A stretch of DNA of 64,000 bases from Mesotaenium endlicherianum (lineage: Eukaryota), in assembly GCA_009602735.1 (NCBI GenBank), contig WELA01000805.1:156879-220878 (forward strand). Reading direction: 5' to 3'. The notes under the pieces were generated by a model. That model ran no database searches. It saw only the letters and a program-made list of their open reading frames with translations, and was not told the DNA's origin. The stretch's first letter is position 1, and each line of letters begins with the position of its first letter. Shown here piece by piece: positions 46,164-57,819 of this stretch. Position numbers and translations under genes: made by a program.

Positions 46164-47600
46164 AAGTGTCACACATCTTCTTCCTTGCCCTATATTTAAT
46201 TGGTGTGTGTTGTGCTTAGCTAATAGGAGAGCTGGTACTTGCCTTACCTCCACTTTCGTGGACCTAGGAGAGCCTCCTAGCGTGACTGTGTGCATTGAAT
46301 CCGCCGCCTTCAGCGCCAATTTTGCAAGGAGTATATAGCAGTTGATGCTCTTAGAAGGACATCTTTTTAGAAGTCCCAATGATGCTAGCTATAAGCCAAG
46401 GAGTTATCAGTTAAACGTACAATTTTACCTCTTGTGTTATCAGGACCACTTGGTCTCTCTCTTGTGAAGAGCAAGCCCTCCTGACTTCCAGTCACTTGAA
46501 GAACTTCACAAGTGGTGAGCAAAGTCACAGCTTGGACCCTGCCATAGGACTACTCTTGAAGATCATGATGTGCTTCCAGTGATCTTTTGGGCCAGACTTC
46601 ATTAGTTGTTTTCCTACCAAATTACAATCTTGAGGTGCTCACTTTGGAGAGTACACACTCCCACATTAAAACATATGACAGTTGACTTATTTTTGGCCTT
46701 AAGGCCACATGAATTTTTGCTTTGCATTGTAGCAAACCCTGCTTGCCTACTTGTGTGTTGCTTATGCCGATCAGATGCGCCCGACCCCATAATGCACAAC
46801 ATGCATACACACGCACTTTTAAGTCTAGCATGTCAAAGCGTTTATTCTCCATAGCTAGAGCCTAACTACATAAGCTGAGAGACGCTGAGAAGGCTGGCCA
46901 CCTCAACCTTTGATCTCTGTTAGAGCTACCACGAAAAAGTTGCCACCTCAGGGAACATAGGCTCAACGGCCGCATAGGCGTGCACGCTGACCGAGTGGTT
47001 AAGCTGTCACGTGCGACATTCGCAAGGCGTGCATGCATATTAAATGACGACGAATAACTGAAGCTGTCATGAGAGACAACTTCAAAAAATGCGTGCACAC
47101 TAAGCCGATGACGAAGTCTCGGCACTCCCGAAAGAGAAGAGCTTGCGTGGTGCCTGAGAAAGGCACGAGCCGCACACATTTTTCCCTCATTCTTGCCTTG
47201 CACATTTTTCCAAAGAAGCAGAAAGGATCAAAGGAGAGAAAGAAGGAGAAAAAGAGAGAAGGCGCGAAGAAGAAGGAGTTCCCAAGGCCGTAAGGAGCCC
47301 GAGAAGACACGCGTCTGCGGACGCTTGAAGATCGTTCCTCATCGTATCGTAGAAGAGTTAGAAACCAAGAGTGCCCAAGAAGGAACTTCTGTTAGAGAGT
47401 TTGCATATAGGTCGTGCTAGGCGATTCCAACACATTTTAGAACAACCACCACAAGCGTGTGAAGAGCACATAAATAGTAAGTGCTGTGTTAGTGTCCAAG
47501 TTCTCAAAAGTCTCACCTGTCGAGTTGCTGAAAGCAAGAGCAGAGTTAGCAAGAGTTTCCCTTAGTGAATTGTTAGGCGCGACTTAGAGCAAAAGGCTCA

Positions 47601-48294
47601 TGAAAGGGGCAAAGTGCCTTAGTGGATGCGTAGTGATTCAAGAGGAACCAAATTAGTTGCAATCATAGAGTGCAGCCGCATATGACTAAGAAACTTTAGG
47701 AAAATTACTCAGCATTTTGAAGAGCAAGAAAGTGCTCTCAAATGGAGTAGGAGGAAAGGCCTTATCATTACAAACCCGTACAAATTTACAAAAGTGGAAA
47801 CTGATAAGAGACGAAGAAGTTATGTACTATTTATAGTTTTCTACGACGACCGCACAACCCTAGAAGGGAGGGCTGCTTAGCAACGAAATTTTGAAGTGTT
47901 TGTCAAATTGTCCCTTCCAAAATATTTGAGTAGGAAAAATCAGCCTCATCCGACGTGTCGGGCCATTTGGACGTCCACATACATGCATCGAAATATCTAG
48001 AATATACTAACTTAGGCGCGCAAGACTAATCCGGAACTTATAGGTAAATCGACCTGCTCGGACTCCGCGTCAGCCAAAATTACGTGAAGATTCCGATTCA
48101 CTCTAACGGCCCTGATTGCTTGACGCTGTCGGTGAATCCAACGGTTGCGCTCACTGCGAAGTAAGGACAACGTCGACCAACCTTCAAACTAATTAAACTT
48201 TAGAAATTCACAATTTTCTCAATACTTAACCAAATTCGATAAATTTTATATCAAAATGAACAAAAAAATGCACTTCACAATCCTATAACCTTAA
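47601..48294 (-). mobile_element. Diverged solo LTR related to family A
   Basis: Colinear with 9695-10364 from TGAAAGGGGC to CCTATAACCTTA. No PBS or PPT alongside. TSD not clearly preserved. Confidence 0.85.
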
Positions 48295-49313
48295 GTCAGG
48301 CCGGTATAGACACTGTAGCTTCATAGCTTTGCAAGATGTAACTTTGTGAAAGTTAAACAAAAGCCCTGGTAGGCAATTTTTTCGGAAACTCGATATTGCT
48401 TGTTGACTTGCTTAGATGTGATTATTGCAAACTAGAACTTTTCACGAGTGTGCCCTTCAACTTGGGCGAGATGCAAAGTCTATTTGGACGTAAGACGTTT
48501 CTGTCCTTGTAAGAAGAATTGAGTGATAAATATATTTGAGTGATGAAAATATTTCTCCCAAATTCACTATTTCATGAAGAAGGAGCTGAGAGAGAACAAG
48601 CTTGGTGTGAGAACACTAAGTACCAACTCTCTTATTGGCTGGTGCCAGTACAGGGTGATCAGAAATCGGTCAGTAACAGGCAAGCAGCCACTGACACATG
48701 TGCGAAGGTCGATTGACCAAGTTGACCCCACACGCAGGGATGCACCGAATAGTCGACCAGGCAGCACACACGCATGAAGAGCCACAGACACATCGACCAG
48801 ACCAATGGCACACGTATTGGAGAGCACCACACGTGCCCTGACTTCGACACGACTGGGCACAACATCTTTCTCGACTTGTTGCTCTTTTGTCTCGCACTCC
48901 CTCGCATTATGTAACAATCCGAGCTATTTTAGGCGTATTTGGGACGTTTTCCCAATTACCTGAAGTACGTTATACTATTTATCATATTATTTGATAAATG
49001 ATTGAATCATATTCAATTATTTGCCACACGTGTGTGTCAATTAATTCCTGGTTGATTGGCGAAACAACCAAGATACTATTGGCAAAAGCATCGTAACGTA
49101 ACTTGACTACTTCACAAAAGTACGACATAATTATTCATAAAGTTACTTTAATTAGTTTTGAGATGATAACTTAATAAAGCACTGATTGATTAAGTTGATT
49201 TGATTGTCATTATTTTGGATAATGCACAATCACAGATTTTGCATTCACGACCAGTCGTTAATACGAAGGAACAGTCGTAAAAGTCATATGACACATAATG
49301 AGCAAAGCGACTT

Positions 49314-49385
49314 TGCATCCGAGCGGATTCGAACCCGCGCCTTGTCGTTTGAAACGTTGACACCTAATCGATTGGCCAAAGTAGC
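49314..49385 (-). pseudogene. tRNA-derived sequence (tRNA pseudogene or SINE head)
   Basis: 72 nt with box A-like TGGCCAATCG, box B GGTTCGAATCC and a T-arm GCGGG/TCCGC. Acceptor and anticodon stems do not pair, so no isotype is assigned. Confidence 0.6.
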
Positions 49386-49394
49386 TTTTTAAAC

Positions 49395-49602
49395 TACCGG
49401 TTCATGACAAAAGAATCTGTACGCAACTCCGCGATCAGTCGCGATTTTTTGGAAAGTCGCGAGAGCGCGAAAACGCTCGTTTGGCGCGCAACGATTTTTC
49501 GGAAACCATCGAAAAGTTTCCAAACGGCCAAACTGCGCATTTCGAGCATTCAGCCGAAATGGGTCGTACTCTTTTGCCTGATTTTGTTGACATGAACCAG
49601 TG
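49395..49602. mobile_element. Possible small non-autonomous TIR element (CACTG-type end)
   Basis: Imperfect 25-bp terminal inverted repeats: TACCGGTTCATGACAAAAGAATCTG against the reverse-complemented right end CACTGGTTCATGTCAACAAAATCAG. No TSD seen. Confidence 0.45.
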
Positions 49603-50803
49603 CCCTACGTGGTGACTTGAAGCACTCTAGTGCCTCACATTGTGCAGGTAGAAATACTTGTAAAGTCATTGTGAGTGCAACTCTCACAAGCACACATTCT
49701 ACGTTTGTTTTCATTTCCGCTCTTTTGAGTATTCGTCAATTTGCACAAATATACACATTTTCCTTTCCACTTCATTTAAATATTCCTTGAATACCGAGGA
49801 AAGATCCTCTCGAAAAGCAGAAACGTTACACATTAACATTTAACCCGACTCATATCATGTTCAATCATTTATTATTCCAATGTATATTTTAGTATAATGT
49901 CTATCCAGCTTCTTTTTAACAAATTTGCTACAGTATGCGTCGATAGCCATATATTACTCACACATATCCCTTACCTAATTACTACGCAATATCCCTATCT
50001 GGTCATTGACGGTATAATTATTTGACATACATGTAACTCATTACAGACACGTGGCCTTGCTCAACAGACCCGTACGGACCCGTACGGAGGTGTTGGAGAT
50101 ACACATACTTATCACAAAACTCTCTGAAGACAAGACTATACATATGTTACTTAATACTATTATGGGTCAAACACAAAAGCGTGCTAACCTTATACACGTC
50201 AGAGAACGGGAGAACGACCAATAAGAAGCGTTCTAAAAATCGGCACTCTTTTGTGTGCTCGACATCGACAAAAACTTCAATGTAAAATTTTTGGTGAAGT
50301 TTGTCATCGCGCACACCCCTCGTTTTTGTGGGGGCAAGAGTTTTTTAGCAAGTATTTAACATAGAATGTTGTCAAAAATACAAAGTATTTATATCGATCA
50401 CATTGAAACGCGTTGCATGTCGAGTCCAAATCGGTCGACATTGGATCCTAGCTTAGACCCTATTTCAATATATGTAATGATTAGGACTACAAAGTAGTCC
50501 TAATCGATTGAAATCCACTATTATTTGACATCGACTGCAATGCATCGACATTGGACCATAGCTTAAAGGTTAGTAAGAAGCTGAGAAGCGCACAATTCTA
50601 AATTGAGTAAAATTAAATGACCCCATGGGGCCTGATCACAACGATCAACATCTACCCTAAGCAATAGTGGCCGTGGATTCAATTTTTTCCGGCATACCGG
50701 CAACAAACTGGCCTTATACTCCAATTGCTTCCAATGAACCTTTTGTGACACGTATTATGACAAAAAAATTGGCCCTATACATACATTCAATCAATTGTGT
50801 AGA

Positions 50804-51430
50804 TTTTGAGGGGACCAATAATTTTTTCCTCACACATCTGTTCCGATCAATCGCGACGAGCAACAGCGTCGAAACAGCGACCACTAACAACGCTTGCCGT
50901 CGACGTTAAAACTTCATCCCCTCCCTCCCTTTCTCACCATCCCTCATGCCCTCCCAACATAGCCACCCTCCCCTCCCCGTCTTGCCCTTTCCCCTTCACG
51001 CCCTCTGAACAAGATCATGTGCTTGGCCGCCTGCCGTGGCTGCCCACCAGCATGTGCTCTAACCCTATGACGCCACAAACCCATTTAACAACCGAGAGGG
51101 CCCTCCCACGCCCCCCGTCACGAGCTACCTTGCGACCCTGGCGAGGATTTGCCTCATTGCCCCGCCATGGCCTTTCACAAAAAGCCCCTAGGATGCATTA
51201 TGTAAACAAAAAAGAGGTCTACTTTGTGAGAAAGACCTAATTTGTAATGGTCGACTCGCCAAAGGGCGAGTCGCAAGAGACAGGCATGGTCACACTCGAA
51301 TACTTTTGCGTTGGTCCAGGTTGGATACGTACTCTTCCTATACAAATAAGCAATTTGAACGTACATAAAGGCTAGAGCTCACGCGAGTGACGTTCCTTCC
51401 TAAATTTCCCCTCACAAGAGTTAAGGGGCG
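50804..51430 (+). repeat. ~620-bp dispersed repeat, copy 1
   Basis: Colinear but diverged match to the reverse complement of ~53000-53626 (shared CCACAAACCCAT, TCACAAAA, GGTTGGA, TACATAAA and GAGGGG/CCCCTCAC ends). Confidence 0.7.
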
Positions 51431-52999
51431 CCAACAAACTACCTCCTATTGGATCAGATAGCACACTCTCAAACGTTCTTTTTCTTCAAATCATATTCCC
51501 CTGTTTCCCCCTCCCAACTCCTTCAAGAACTTTGGCAAGAAGTAATTCTTACTCGAGTTCTTGTTAATACTGTTCTGTACGATTTGTGAGCAAATCATAC
51601 AACAGAATCACAAAATTGGATAATTTTGATAATGAATCATACCAACTACTTGTGTAACATAGAAAGCGGACCGACACTGTCTCGCCATGTAAAAAATTCT
51701 TTCAATTACAAATAATTTTTGAAGCACTTTTGTGCTGCACGTTCTCACAACAATTTGCTCAAAGATGGTGCGCTTCACGTACTTTGTGCAATCACGTAAA
51801 AGTTCGTCATTTGTGCATAGTTTCATGCGTGCTCAAGAACCTTGAATGAATTTAAGTAACAAGCTAGCAACATTTGTTTCCAACAAATGTATTGTGTAAT
51901 TTTAGATGTATAAGGTTTGATAGACGATGCTTTTTATGGTTTTTGGAGAACTCAAATACCTCATTCATTTTATTTCTTAAGTCTTTCTCATTCTTTGGCT
52001 TCAGTGAGTATACTGAAATGATGTTTATATCTTGATTATGCTTCAAAAATGCTCTTGAAAAATATGGATCTTCCGAGAAAAGATATGATTCGCAATCATC
52101 GTCGACAGGGTTAGGCAACCCGGTTTTTTCGTTTGCTAAAATTCAACTTTCTGGTCGATCGTGCGTTCGACGTGTAAAAGCTCAAAATGGATTTTCATAG
52201 TATGCATGAAAACAATTTTTTGCTTGTGAATGTTTTATTAGGAATACGTGGTTGAAAAGCTTCAAAACCTAATTGCCGCGTTTGGGGTTTCAACCCACAA
52301 CTTATGACTTACAACTTGATTGCCATGCAAATTTTATTTTGATGTCCTTTTGAATGTGCTTTAATGTCCTTTGAGGAAATGGGAAGAAAGCAAGGGCAAC
52401 TGCAAGGAGTGGGAAAGAGAATAGGGAAAAGTTTTTGTCAACTATTTCAATTGTACAAAATTCTTTGTGGGACCCACATTTTCTTTTTTGAGAACCTATG
52501 AGGGTGCACTTCCCACTGGATTTCTCGGGCGTTTGTCCGTGATTGCGTGGAATTCCAATGCCCTTTTGGATCGCGCCGGTGGACATCTTTCAAATTGTTC
52601 TTCTACATTTGTGTCAGAGCTTTTGTTTATCAATTCACAATCCATAATTTAGAGCTCGTGCTTGAGAGAAACTGTATGGGTTCATCTTCATTCAATCTTT
52701 GCTCTAAAATTTTCAGCATAAAAGCGAAGAAAGAGTCTTTCTTTTTCATCGATGCGTCACTTGCATAATGGCTCTCACCATACAACCAATTTTAGAGTGC
52801 ATGAGCTTGGTAAAATCACTTCTCCAACAACGTTCTTTTTGCAACATTCAACAAATAGTAAAACGAGTTGTCACCAAGTAAACTACAAGGCAACGTTGCC
52901 AACATTATCAGCCATGTACGATCTTGAGCATGTGGTCTTCACAAAGTTGGCCCACCACGAGGGAGGTTGAGTACGTGGCCTACTTTATGGTTTCCAAGA

Positions 53000-53626
53000 A
53001 GATGCCCCTCACGTAAACGTTGTGGGGAAAAGCAGTAAGGGCCGTCGCTCATGTCAGGTCTGTGTTTATGTATGTACAAATGCGTCTTTCTGTACCGCAA
53101 ACAATGTGAACGGGTCCAACCGAGATTGATGAAGAAGCATTCGATTTGGCTGTGCAACACGTCTTGCACCTGGCCGACCACCACAAGTCTTCATTCCTCC
53201 TGCAATCAGGCCTCTTTCTCGCCTTCCTTTCTGATCCTCGTTGGTGAAACAGTGCAGCTTTAGGTGCTTTTGTGAGCGGCCTTGGCGAGGTAGTTCGTGC
53301 CGGGAGGCGTAGAAAAGGGCGTTATCACTCGTCAGATGGGTTTGTGGGGTGTAGAGGGCTGGAGTTATTGCGGGTGGGCTGCTATGGCCGCTCCTCATGG
53401 CCGCCAGCTTGTAGGAGGGTATGAGGGAAAGAGGGTGGGATGGAGAGGGGAGGGCGGCCTGGGCATGCTGCCTCCTGCTGGGAGGGCACGAGCAATAGTG
53501 ATTAGAGGGAGGGGGGGAAGCTCCGTCGATGATCGCCTCAACGGGCAGCGAACAGTTTTGGCGGTTAGTACATCGTGCACGTTTGGAGTGGCCTTGTGAG
53601 GGGAAGTTGTCTGCCCCCTCACAAAC
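53000..53626 (-). repeat. ~620-bp dispersed repeat, copy 2 (inverted relative to copy 1)
   Basis: See copy 1. Begins with a hairpin whose arms are TTGTGAGGGG and CCCCTCACAA (~53594-53625). Confidence 0.7.
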
Positions 53627-54463
53627 CAATACTCTTACTAAAGAGTGTGACCCCAAGTATCTGATTGGCAACGGCCGCGTGTATGCACTACTCTTTAAGG
53701 CACATTGAGGCGTCTTTACTAAATAACGATTTGAAACCATGCGTGTGGGTGTCCCGAGAGTAGTATTCTCAGTGCAAAGTCTTAAAAGCAATACAAAGAG
53801 CAAACGAAGGGATCTGCAAATATTTGCTTTCTTTTCAGACGTGGAATGGGAGAAAATAGTTAACGAAGATCCCGCCAAGCAGGCCAAATATGGGAGGAGA
53901 TGGTAGGGAGATTGTGTGCGTTACAACACATCATTCTCATACCAACGGACCCCTGGATACAACTCACTGTTGCCAATCTCTCCTCGAGGCACACCATTTT
54001 CTGATGCATGGTACTATTTTCTACACTCAATATCTTGCAAATTCAAGAATATGCTACATGGTCATGCGTACTCAGATCTATCACAGCTTTGCATGCCTGA
54101 GATCAAGTAACAACTCTGTCGTCTTCTTAAGCTTTGTCATCTTCCTCCTAAGCTCTGGCTGGTGCGCAGGCCAACTCAAGTTTGTCCCGTCAACCTAGCA
54201 CCGTCTGGCATCCTAAGGGCGGAGCTGCTGCCAAAAGCTGAGAGCAATGCCTCGGAGTGGACACCATGCCTTGCCCCAGCCACTGCCTTAGTCACAACGT
54301 GGTGGGCTTAATACATATGTGGCACTCAGGGAGACCGCGAGCGAGGCAAGTCGCACAGTAATGACCTGCCAAGGCCGGGTTACACACTTGGACAAGGGAG
54401 AATATGGAGCATGTGGCACTCGGTGGGCATCCGCCATGGACAATATCTCACGGTTGTCTCGGT

Positions 54464-54674
54464 TTATTCTGCTCCGTGGGTGAGAAGTGCAGCCGCAACC
54501 TTGCGCCCCTCTTCGCTTAAGATGTTGAATGTTGAAGCGGCATTTCTCTGCATTCCCCCCCATGTTCACAGCAAAGCGTTGTACATATTAAGGCAAACAA
54601 CTGTGCACACAATCAACACATAGGCACGCGTGTGCCTGTGTACAGACAAAGCACACATACACAAACACAGATAC

Positions 54675-54745
<71 letters not shown>

Positions 54746-54746
54746 N

Positions 54747-54794
<48 letters not shown>

Positions 54795-57700
54795 AAGCTA
54801 ACTTTGTGTCCGTACTGCGTGGGCACCTGGCCGACTGACACAAGCATACCAAACTCGAATGGACCAAGCAATGAAACCACCAACATCATTTCACTGAGCT
54901 CCGAGAGTGGGGACATATAGGGACCACGCACGGTGGCGATTGCTTCGATCTTGATGCCTTGGGCCAGCAGGTACGCCTTCACGTCCGGCTCCATGCGCTG
55001 CAGCCTCTTGCCGCACCCTATCAGCAGCAGCTCTGCAGGCATCAGCAGAAAGACCGCATTAGCCATGTTGATGCAGCTGGCACGCTCCAGGTCAGCACCA
55101 GCTCAGCTACGGGGCCAGGGGGGGACGGGGGGGGTTGCAAGTTCTTGAAGAGAAAAAGGAGGAGGTGAGGAGATTGCAAGTTTGGGAAGATAAAAAGGAG
55201 GGGGGGAGGAGGGGGGGGGGTTGGCGACAAGGAAGGGAAGCCGACTGCGCGTGTTACGTCTCGCGTCTCACAGACACATCAGACAGAGCATGTGCACAGC
55301 TGTGTAGAGTATTGGTTACGCAGGCATGCGCGTCCTCCTCACAAGTATTGTATTGGTGACATGAAGAATGCAATGGCAGGCTATGTTGCGTCGTCAACAC
55401 ATCAATGTGGACAGGCTGCTGAAGAGATGGGAGGCGCGGGGCGCCAACTTGAATACCTCTCTGCACTTGTGGTCAAACACAAGCAACCAGATACGTGCAC
55501 ACATAGACACGTAGACCTGCACACGCACATAAACACACACACACACACACCTACACACACGAACACCTGCAGGCACATGCGGTGCACCAGACGCGGGTAC
55601 ATGCACATGCGCACATGCGGCACGTGCCCAGACACGCGCACACAACATACGCGGGACAACACGCGTGCATGCGCGCACACGCACCTGGTCGAGGGTGCAG
55701 GAGCTCAAACACGGCCAAGCTGCGCAACAATCACACGCAGGGAAGCCCGCCCGTCAGGGAAGACGACGAGGAGCCGCCAGGAACACTGTGAACGGCTGCC
55801 GCCGCCACATGGCAGACCAGCACCGTCAGACGTAAGAACGGCAAGTCCCCCCTGGGCATATGTAGAACCTGCATCGGATTTATCTTCAGCGGACGCTTGA
55901 ACCCCCCCCCTTCCCCCACATTAACCTCCGAAATCCTCAACTTTGTGCCCCACTACAAGCGTACCTTCAAAGCCTCCCTGCTTCCACACAGATACTTCCA
56001 ATTGCTTCCCCTCACAAGCTAGCACCAGCCCCAACAGCCACTTTGCTCAAGCCGATCCCACCTGTTTCGCTCCCAACATGGCTAAGCTCAAAGCCAGAGC
56101 CGGAGCCGGAGCCGGAACTAGAGCTGGGGCCAGAGCTGGAGCCATAGCTGGAGAGAGGAACAGGAGCCAGAGACGGAGCCAGGGCCAGAGCAATCCGTCG
56201 TCTGTGTCGCACAGGACCGGAGTTCATCTCACAGCAGCAGCTGTGCAGAGCACGAAGGGGCGGGGGCACCCGGAGCCGACCAATCAGGGTTCAGACACTT
56301 GGGGCCCAGCCCGGCGTACATATATTAACACGTGGCAGCGGCAGATACAAGCACGCTCTCCGGCCCCTAAGCTTGACTCTCAGCCACGTCGCAGCAGTCG
56401 TGTAGGCCGGGGCTCAGATTCTCGACGCGTGACAGCAGCAGACAACCCAGCCCAGCCAGCTGGGCTGGCTGAGAGGGCAGCAGCTGAGGGCAGGAGCTCC
56501 TGACCTGTCGACGGTGATATCGAAGAACGACGCCGGACTCCACTGCAGCGCCAGGCTGCCCGAGCAGATGACTGCCGAGGAGATGTCCGTGCCGTTGATC
56601 GTGAATCCCGACTCGTCATAGCTGTGCCCGCACCCGTCGTCTAGCCAACAGCAGACAATTACTCACTTACTGCCGGAAGGTGTTCTTAGCTTGACGGCAC
56701 TCACGGCGTTACTTGCTTAGCTGTTAACATATCATTACACGACAGAAGGTTGAACTACGGAGAAGGAGGGGAGGTGGGNGTATGCATTCAAGGCCTTGAC
56801 GTCTGCAGCTTGCGTCTGACTGCATCAACGGCTGGCCAGAGGCCCTGGTGTTGCGATCCATCAGCTGCCACAGAGAGAGGTGACCTAGAGACTCGGCGTG
56901 ACCTGTACGAGAGACTTCCTGTTGACCACACGCTGCCGGCACCACGTGCCCAAGTTAACCGACTTTGACCCCGACCTTGGCGTGGGGTTGCCTGCGTTGG
57001 GCGACGAAGACAAGACGCAAGGCCCTTCAGCTGTGCACCCCACCTTAGGTACTCTCAATATGCTTTCACCGCAAGAGCCTCTTCTATGCAACTGTCGTCC
57101 TTTTCTCGTCGCTGCCCTCCTCTCCTCCCCATTCCTCTTTCTGTCCCCCTTCCCTCTTGTCTGCCCCTCTCCTCTCCAGAACCTGCTCAAAGAGAAAAAA
57201 GCTTGCTGTATGTGCGCAGAGTGAACCATACTATCCTACAGGCACATGCTGGACGTGCCTGCGTGCTGGACATGCAGCTTCCAGGAAATTTGTGGAGGAG
57301 CAAGCGGGCTCTGCGGCAGGACAGCACACTGACAGGAATCCGAGCAGCAGCAGCAGACAAGTACACAGCAAGGTTTTGTCGCAGGGCGCCCGGCAGCCAG
57401 GTGACGTTCAGGGGATGCCTGAGCTCCACGGGAAAAAGAGTGTTGGACTGGCAGCGATCTGTAGACGCGTGCGTGGATTACAATGGCCTTGAAAAGTGAC
57501 ATCCTCTGTCCGGAACTTGGCCCTCCCGCTGCCCCCCTCTCTGATCCCCTCTGCTCCCCCCTTCCGCTTCTACTTGTGAGCCGTACGTTTGGCGAGATTG
57601 GCATGCAGGGAGAGGCTCAGGAAAGGAGGCACGTGGCGGCTGGGCTGGGCTGGGCTGGGCAGGAGATGAATGGTCAAGGCAGGGGGCAGGAGGCCTGCTG

Positions 57701-57819
57701 CTGAGGAGAGGCTGAGATCGTACGCATCTATGCGCACGCGAGGGCCCTCCAGCGCGACGCCTTCGAGCACGTTGAAGTCGGAGGGGACTGCTAGCCCTCT
57801 GGAGGTGACACGTGGCACC
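54464..57819 (-). CDS. NDUFAF3: Mth938-domain protein, NDUFAF3-like mitochondrial complex I assembly factor (spliced)
   Basis: GT-AG exons 57819-57724, 56621-56505, 55719-55685, 55032-54932 and 54547-54464 join in frame: ...FNVLEG...RIDAYDESGFTINGTDISSAVICSGSLALQWSPASFFDITVDSLAVFELLHPRPELLLIGCGKRLQRMEPDVKAYLLAQGIKIEAIATRNAASTFNILSEEGRKVAAALL. Possible in-phase 5' exons 58429-58393 and 58197-58137 are uncertain. Confidence 0.88.
54680..54791. repeat. (AG)n microsatellite in the last intron of the NDUFAF3-like gene
   Basis: Pure AG run containing one N, so the length is unreliable. Confidence 0.98.

Noticed and set aside
49314..49385. Functional tRNA gene
   Set aside because: Acceptor and anticodon stems do not pair.
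50806..53887. Paralogous Pro/Ser-rich ORFs 50806-51240 and 53066-53887
   Set aside because: The similarity is explained by the DNA repeat, extends beyond the ORFs and shows no recognisable domain.
54566..57604. ERER/LSLS, HTHT and other low-complexity ORFs
   Set aside because: Translations of intronic microsatellites or antisense frames of the NDUFAF3-like gene.
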